Shown here one piece after another: positions 56,229-64,000 of a stretch of DNA of 64,000 nucleotides. A program made the position numbers and the translations under genes. Source of the stretch: Eledone cirrhosa. Taxonomy: Eukaryota. The notes under the pieces are model-generated. The model saw only the letters and a program-made list of their open reading frames with translations. It ran no database searches and was not told the origin of the DNA. Within the stretch, counting starts at the first letter, position 1; every line of letters starts with the position of its first letter. Location of the stretch: positions 284,580,001-284,644,000 of the forward strand of contig OZ024741.1 of assembly GCA_964016885.1 (NCBI GenBank), given 5' to 3'.

Positions 56229-56329
56229 CTAAACTTCCATTTGTATTATTATCTCCTAGGCCTAATAATTAATTAATTAATATAATTAGACAATTCTATT
56301 GATTGATTAATTATTTATGTTTGTTTAAT

Positions 56330-56511
56330 AACTGTTTCTACTTTTGGCACAAGGCCAGCAATTAGTCCAGTGTATTACTGGTACTTTATTTTATCGACCC
56401 CGTAAGGATGAAAGGCAAAGTTAACCTCAGCGGGATTTGAACTCAGAATGGCAAGGGCCGTAACTCTATGCTAGAAAGCATGGCGCCCAACCCTCTGCCG
56501 ATACTGCCAAT
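56330..56511 (-). mobile_element. SINE family A
   Basis: Near full-length and very similar to 4451-4636. Confidence 0.85.
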
Positions 56512-56647
56512 GCAACAACGTCTAGTTGAGAGCTTCTTATTCGGTTTGTGCAGGGAAATTAGTTCCTTTGCTACCTAACGTATGTTATAACTCTGAGCTC
56601 CAGCCTCAGCGAGTGCTTGGCTGCATATTGAAATAGCAGGAAGAGGG

Positions 56648-56683
56648 TCTTAACGTTTCGGACGCTAGTCCTTCATCAGAAGA
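56648..56683 (-). ncRNA. Minimal type I hammerhead ribozyme motif
   Basis: TCTT-CTGATGA-a-GGAC tagc GTCC-GAAA-CG-TT-AAGA; palindromic ACGT stem III. Confidence 0.8.
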
Positions 56684-57102
56684 AAGAATGAGAAATTAGA
56701 AAGATTGAAGGGACGGGCGGAGTGGAATTGGAAAAAATCTTTTTAGAGAAAAATAACATTCATGTTGCCATCTCTTGGAAAACTGTTGGTGTTGGCGTTT
56801 TTTGTGATATATATATATATATTTACATGTAGGTATGTGTGTGCGCTTGTTATTTACGTATTTATTTATTTATATACGTTTATATAATTATTTATTTATT
56901 TATTTGTATACACGCATACACACACACACATATTTATATGTGTGTGGTTTTGTATACCTATGGTAAGGGTTTTGCGTATGCTTGTGTATGTACGTATTTG
57001 TTTGCGTGTATGTATTTATTTATTTCTATTACTTCTGTATTGTATTTATTTACTTTGTTCTTAACTCTGTAGCGGAGATTCATTCGGTCTCCTAGTTAGA
57101 AT

Positions 57103-57600
57103 TTTAGTCTACGACTTCTGCTATACCATTTACGTGGTTTTGTCTTTGCGTGCTATTGTTCTCCACGCTCCACATATGACGTATTATCTTTTTTTCGTTC
57201 ATTGCCAGAGAACGTCTCTATGAACCACCTAAGAGAACATTAGTCTACGACCTCTTTTATACCATAAACGTGGTTCTGTCTTGGGTGTAATTGTTTTTCA
57301 CCGCTCCAAATAATGACGTATCTTATTCGTTTTTTCCCGTTCTTTACCAGCGAACGTTACCACGAACCAAAGTATCGTCTTCCTGTCTTCCTCCGGTTGC
57401 AACGTTTTTTGAAATATCCACTTCTGCGTTTACAGATTGACTTTGTTAGTTTCAGAAGATCCCGTTATGGGTGAAAGCAGCGATTCTTTGCTTAAACTTT
57501 AATCTGTTATTTTAATAAATATTTGCTCTACGGTTCTTATATATTTGATATATATTTATCCTTATCGAGCCCTCTTTGGATTTTAGTCTTGAAATTTATT
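57103..57600 (+). mobile_element. PLE-like 3' fragment with an internal ~135-bp diverged tandem duplication
   Basis: TTAGTCTACGAC..ATGACGTAT occurs at ~57105 and ~57240; homologous to 24330-24607. Confidence 0.75.
57448..57498 (+). ncRNA. Hammerhead-like motif with CAGAAGA (U4A) core
   Basis: AGTTT-CAGAAGA-tCCC gttat GGGt-GAAA-GCA..TGC-TT-AAACT. Confidence 0.55.
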
Positions 57601-57604
57601 ATTA

Positions 57605-57663
<59 letters not shown>

Positions 57664-57670
57664 CACACGC

Positions 57671-57817
<147 letters not shown>

Positions 57818-57820
57818 TAT

Positions 57821-57938
<118 letters not shown>

Positions 57939-57984
57939 GTACGTATGTATGTATGTATTTATTTATTTATTTATTTATTTTTTT

Positions 57985-58250
57985 GCCCGGGGACATAGAA
58001 ATAATCGGGCTGGATGCCCGATCGCGCAGTTAAACCACTTGGAGTGAAGAACCCCTAGCCCTTGTCGGCATCTCAGGAAACTGGGTTAACTCCGACATAA
58101 AACCTGCGCCTCAGTAGTTACCGATGATGTTGATCTTTTCTTCTTTTCGGGTTATAGCTACTGTCGCTCAGAGAGTGGGATTGGCTCAGTGCACAGTCTT
58201 TCTTCACTTTAAAAATATTCGTCACGCACAGGCATTGCACGAGTGCATCA
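57985..58250 (+). mobile_element. 5' part of a probable RTE-derived short element (diverged relative of 42561-43360)
   Basis: ~190-bp homology: ACCCCTAGCC.TTGTC..AACTC.GA.ATAA.ACCTGC..GATGTTGA..AGAGAGTGGGA..CACAGGCATTGC. Confidence 0.6.
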
Positions 58251-58265
58251 ATAATTATTAATAGT

Positions 58266-58324
<59 letters not shown>

Positions 58325-58325
58325 G

Positions 58326-61300
58326 TTCTTTGAGTCTCAGTCATTGATGTTAGTTAACTGGAAAGTTTGTTGAAATGAATATCAAGCCACTACCTGCAGC
58401 CTCAGATATTCAGGACGTATTGGAGGGTTCTTGCTGTTCCCAGCAAGCATGCCTTTTGAAGCGTTCCAAAAAGCGTGAAGGGGCCAATTTTCTTTAACCA
58501 TCCCTGGAAACTTTTTGAGATAGTACCTAGTGCGCCTATGACAATCGGGACCACTTTGACTTCATGGCAGTTCCAAATCCTTTTTACCTCCCACTTTAAG
58601 TCCTGGTATCGGTTAATTTTCTCCCTCTCCTTCTCTTGCACTCTCGTGTCGAATGGGCAGGCCACATCCACAATCAGGCACGATCTTTTTTCTTTGTCCA
58701 CAACCACCAGGTCAGGTCTATTGTGTTCCAGTTTCTTGTCCGTCTGTATCCTAAAATCCCACAGCACCTTCACCTGATCGTTTTCTATCACCGACTCTGG
58801 CTTATGCTCATACCACTTCTCAGAATGTGGTAAATTGTTTATTTTGCATAGGTGCCAGTGGATCACCCTGCCCATCACATCATGTCTCCAGCCCTTATAG
58901 TGAGTCTGGGCTAGGTGTTTACACTCGGATACAATGTGAGCCACAGTCTCCTCTCTCTCTCCACAGATCCTGCACAGCGGGCCTCCTCCTTGTAAATATG
59001 GTGTTTCAACCACTTCGTTTTGAGGGCCTGCTCTTGCGCAGCCATTAACATTCCTTCTGTAGCCTTTTTAAGGTCTCCTCTTTTCAACCGGTTCCATGTC
59101 TGTGGATCTCTGAATTCAGTTTTCTGAAAGAAGGTACTATGAAGGGATTTTTCCTGAAGGCTGCTCTTTCTCCTTGTTGTTATTTCCTCCCTGGACATCC
59201 CCTCGTCTATTGTCCTCTCCTTCAGTACAGTTCTGAGCATTGGCTCCTTACTATCAGTCACGTATTTGTGTAGGTTGTTTTTCTCCATGCTGATGAGACC
59301 TCTTCCACCTTCAGATCTCCTTAAGTAGAGTCTATCGACATCACTCCTCTTGTGGAACATGTTGTAGATAGTCAATAATTTCCTAGTCTTCCTATCCATT
59401 TCTTTTTGTTCAGCAACATTCCATCTCAGAATTCCCGCACTGTACCTAATAATAGACACAGCTCGGGAATTTACTGCACTTATGGCATTCCTACTGTTCA
59501 GATGTGACTTTAATACGCTCCTTACTCTCCGAATGTATTCAGCTCTTCTCAATTCCTTCATTTTATTGTTCTTGATGACATCAGTCTCCAGAAAACCCAA
59601 ATACTTGTATCCTTCTTCAGTGTCAATTTCCTTTATCATCTCACCTGTTGGCACCTGGATTTCGTTGCTTCTGCTCAATTTACCCCTCTTCATCAGAAGG
59701 ACTCCACACTTACCAATACCAAATTGCATACATATATCATTGCTGAAAATACGGACAGTGTCAACAAGCACATCCAACTCCTTCTCTCTCTTCCCGAAGA
59801 GCTTAAGATCGTCCATGAAGAGGAGGTGATTGATGGTAAGCTCTCCCTTTCCCAACTTGTATCCTGCTCTCACTTTTGCAGTATAATGGTCAGGGGAATC
59901 AGGGCAAAGACAATCAACAGAGGGGACAGACTATCTCCCTGGAAGATAACTCTCTTGATCTTCACGCCTCCCAAGGATTCTCCAGCTGATGTTAACTCTG
60001 TTTCCCAGGACTTCATACTTTTGCCCAACAACTGTCTGATGTTATCTGCCACCTTGAAGATCTCCAGGCTTTTGGTGATCCAAGAATGAGGCACCATGTC
60101 AAATGCCTTTTTGTAGTCTATCCATCCCATGGCAAGACCAGTGTGTCTCCTCTTGCAATTCCTCATTACCATCTTATCAATAAGTAACTGGTCCTTTGTA
60201 CCCCGGGACTTCTTTCGGCATCCTTTCTGTTCGTCCGGTAACAAGTTGTTTGTGTGGAGGTGATGGTATATTTCCTCAGACATAATGCTTGTCAACAGTT
60301 TCCACATTACGGACAGACATGTGATAGGTCTATAGTTGGTAACATCATTACCCTTGATTCGGTCATTCATTACCAGAACTGTGGTACCTTTTGTCAACCA
60401 CTCTGGTACCTCACCTGACATCAAGCAGTCATTGAACATGGTTGTCAGTTTCGGGTGGAGGGATGTTATATTTTTAATCCAATACCCCTGCACACCATCT
60501 GGGCCTGGTGATTTCCAGTTGGTTAGTTTTTTGGCCTGCCCCTTAAGAGTTTCAACTGTGATACTCAAGTCAGTTTGTTGGTGTGTCTGCTCACTAATCT
60601 CCTTCTGTACTGTCTCAATCCACACTGCCTGGTCATTATGTTTAACATCCTGCTCCCATATTCCTCTCTAGAATGTTTTAGTTTGTTCCGCCTCAGGGAT
60701 CAAGTCGTTGCCTCTTTCTTTCCCCTCAAGCTGTCCAAACAGCATCTTCTGGTTGTTGTCAAACATGCGGTTCTGTCTATACTGACTGACTCTGCTCTCG
60801 TATCGCCTAATTTTTGCACTCTTTGCTACAATACGTTGCTTCAGTTCCTCTATGATAATATTTAGCTTTTTCCTCCTAGTTTTGTACTTTATTTCCAGTC
60901 TATTTTTAGTGTCTATGTTTTTTAGTGTCCCAATCAGTAGGGACTCAAGCTTTCCAATGTCAGTTCTCATTTCCCTGATTTGACCACTCAGTCGTTTCTT
61001 CCACCAAGGCTCTGATCTTTCTTGTTTGCTGTTTCCTCTCGCTTTTATACCAAGTAATTTCCTCACCGCATTTGCTGTTGCTTTGAGGATATTGGGATGA
61101 CTTTGTTTACCTTAGCTGTGTTTCTTTTAACTTTTTCCTGTCTACAAATCTTAGGTTCATAGGTTTCCCACTATCATAGTTCAATTCATCTACCACTAAA
61201 TTTAGGATATCAACCAAATCTTGTTCTAGCCCGTCAGCATTCATCTCCTCAATGGCCGTATCTTTGTTCCAGGTATTATTTATTTCAGTATTCAGATCAT

Positions 61301-61811
61301 TGTCTGCTTCGGATGGTTCCTCCGTTCTCTCACCCTCTTCACCTTCATTTCCCACTGGTTCGTTTGCCTGGCATACTCCACTCTCCATTTCCAAGCTAAT
61401 CTCTCTGCTCAGTTCCTCCAGTTCCAGCTCGCTTATCCACCCATTAGTTCTTATTACCCGAGCCTGCCCGGCCAATTTTTGTTCATCTAATTTAAATAGA
61501 TCAATCTCGTTCCAGATGTTATGCATCCGTTTCCTATAGCCTTTCTCCCTGGGGTTACTCTTTAGGTAACATTGAATAACAGTTCTATTCAATTCTTTCG
61601 TCCAGTTGGTTCTGGTCCCTTTCCTTCTTCTTCTTCCTCCGGCACCAGCAGTATTTGGTTGACAGCCAGGTCCCTGCTGCTGAGCCAGGGAGCACCTGCT
61701 GTGTGAGAGTCTGTCACATGACATTCTAGTCTCCACTTCACCGTTATTCGAACTGTTTAGGTTCGACATTTAAACACTCTTATCGAGGATTGGTGAATGT
61801 ATGGTTATTCG
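58326..61811 (-). mobile_element. Near full-length R4/Dong-clade non-LTR retrotransposon (RT, CCHC, restriction-like endonuclease), frameshifted, inserted in (TAA)n
   Basis: ORF pieces from 61769 to 58402: YRPITCLS, QKGCR..GTKDQLLID, WIDYKKAFD, FQGDSLSPLL, HLLFMDDLKL, CRICGEREETVAHIVSEC, WRHD, NRPDLVVVD..IVDVACP. (TTA)n at 58268-58324 and 61812-61850. Confidence 0.93.
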
Positions 61812-61869
61812 TTATTATTATTATTATTATTATTGTTACTATTATTATTACTTTTTTTTTTTTTTCCAA

Positions 61870-64000
61870 TTCAATGATGTTCCAGAACAATATAAAAGAG
61901 ATAATTGGCAATTTAGGTTCTGGAACAAAAAAGATAATTGGCAATAAGGGCAGGGGCCCCAGGTTATCACAGCCTGGGCCCGCTCGTCATCGTGCCATTG
62001 TAATAGAGCCAAACAAGGCATTTAGTCTTGGCTGCTGGAACGTACGGACGCTGCTTGACAGGGATTTCTTGGAGCGTCCTGAACGAAGGACAGCTCTTGT
62101 TGCAAAGGAGCTTCGACGTTACGATCTTGACATCGTGGCCTTATCTGAGACGAGGTTAGCTGGAGATGGTCATCTTACAGAATTTTGTGGAGAATATACA
62201 TTCTTCTGGAAAGGAAGAGATGAAGGAACCAGAAGAGAGGCTAGGGTAGGATTTGCTGTTAAGACTGTACTTGTGAATAAATTAGAAGAATTCCCAGTAG
62301 GGATTAGTGAACGTCTTATGTCCATGAGAATTCCGCTGGACAAAGGAAGATATGCGACCCTGGTGAGTGTGTATGCTCCAACTATGAATTCTGTCAATGA
62401 AGAAAAAGTGTTTTAAGAAATATCCCTCAGGCAGACAAAGTCATCGTGCTTGGTGACTTTAATGCTAGAGTGGGTAGGGATTTTAACACATGGAATGTAA
62501 TCGGAAGGCATGGGGTGGGAAAGTGTAACAACAATGGTATGCTCCTGCTGCAGATGTGTGAGGAGCTGGATCTGTGTGTTACCAACACCATGTTCCAACA
62601 AAAGAACAAATTCAAGACCACATGGATGCATCCTGCATCTAAGGAATGGCATCTTTTGGACTACGTCCTAGTCAGGATGCGTGACAGACAGGATGTGCAG
62701 TGTGTTCGTGTTCTTCGTGGAGCTGAGTGCTGGACGGACCACCGCCTGGTACGCGCAAAAGTGAAACTAATCAATAAACGTAAAATCCGGGCTCCTGGTG
62801 TTGCCCTGCCCAAAAGATTGAATGCTGCTCGTCTTAAGGATAAAAATGTGAAGAGGACATTGGAAGAAGAGATGCAGGCTGCAGATCTTGGTGAGGATTG
62901 GCCGACCCTTAAAAAGTCGGTTTATGATGTAGGCAGGCGTGTTCTGGGATTGATGCAGAGAAAACATCAGGACTGGTTTAATGAGAATAATGTACATATA
63001 GAAGACTTGTTGGCTGATAAGAGGCGTGCTCTGTCATGCTACTTGACGGCAAAACCACAGGAGAGGAATACGTTGCATGAGGAACTCAAGGATGTAAAAT
63101 CACGTGTTAGGCGGAGTCTTTCTCAGATGAAGGATCAGTGGTGGAGTGAGAAGGCTGGTGAGATACAAACTGCGTCAGATTCCAATAACACAAAGCTGTT
63201 GTACAATCTCTTGCGTGAGGTTTATGGACCGTCTTCTTCTCTGGTGACACCGCTTCGCAGCAAGGATGGCAAAGAACTTCTTCGTGACTCACAAGGAATT
63301 CTACGAAGGTGGCGAGAGCACTTTGATGATCTTTTGAATCAGCCGTCTGTCGTCAGTGAAGATTTCCTCAATCTCATTCCAGAAAGTCCTGTGAAAGTAG
63401 CTCTCGCAGAACCTCCGACGCTTGTGGAGGTTGCAGTAGCTATTTCGAAGCTGAACAGTGGAAGATCTCCAGGTATGGATGGCATACATGCTGAGCTCCT
63501 ACAATATGGTGGTGAGAGACTCCTGCAACATCTTCACTCTTTGTTTGGCAGGATATGGGCTAATGAATCCGTACCTGAGGACTGGAGAGATGCAGTAATG
63601 GTGGTCTTGTACACGGGAAAGGGTAACAGGAATGATTGTGGGAACTACAGAGGTATATCATTGCTTTCTGTCGTAGGGAAAGTTTTATGTAGGGTGCTTC
63701 TGGACCGTCTGCTGACACACATTGCAGATTGTGTTATTCCTGAAAGTCAATCTGGTTTTCGTGCTGGACGCGGAACTACTGATATGATCTTCTCAGCTAG
63801 ACAGCTCCAGAAGAAGTGCATGGAACAAGGCATGGAACTGTAGCAGGTCTTTGTCGATCTGACAAAAGCTTTCGATACTGTTAACAGAGATGCATTATGG
63901 AAGGTTGTCCAGAAACTTGGTTGCCCTGATAAGTTCCTTGCTTTAGTTAGGTCTTTCCATGACGACATGAAGGCTTGGGTTAATGTCGGAGGTAACATGT
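61870..64000 (+). mobile_element. RTE (BovB-like) LINE, APE and start of RT, inactivated; runs off the window
   Basis: LGCWNVRTLLDR..RRTALVAKEL..ALSETR, LGDFNARVG, TTWMHP..WHLLDYVL, CWTDH, SPGMDGI, NYRGISLLS, PESQSGFR. Stops at 62414 and 63841. Confidence 0.93.

Noticed and set aside
58050-58105. HDV-like or twister ribozyme fit
   Set aside because: A P3-like GCC/GGC pairing exists, but there is no correctly placed catalytic C or J4/2, and the twister element order does not match. Kept only as an unassigned structure.

Overview
AT-rich, microsatellite-dense animal genomic DNA. The SINE families and repeat landscape suggest an octopus or other coleoid cephalopod (inference). The only host-gene sequence I can support is one coding exon (N-terminus to start of TM3) of a CCK/sulfakinin-type GPCR on the minus strand (29680-30052), so 1-29679 is probably intron. 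The rest is mobile DNA: Penelope-like element (PLE) remnants, a decayed Helitron and a non-autonomous relative, R4/Dong, RTE and CR1-like LINEs, a deleted Gypsy-type element with a tRNA-Trp PBS, two SINE families and a stand-alone tRNA-like gene. The main signal is non-coding. By eye I find about 22 type I hammerhead ribozyme (HHR) motifs from roughly 9-10 unrelated sequence families. Most lie in fold-back or tandem elements inserted into (TA)n/(CA)n tracts. They include a 595-bp tandem retrozyme-like repeat, two unrelated families with a compensatory U3-A8 core, and a family with a fixed U4A core. All folds and coordinates were derived manually; ribozyme activity is untested.
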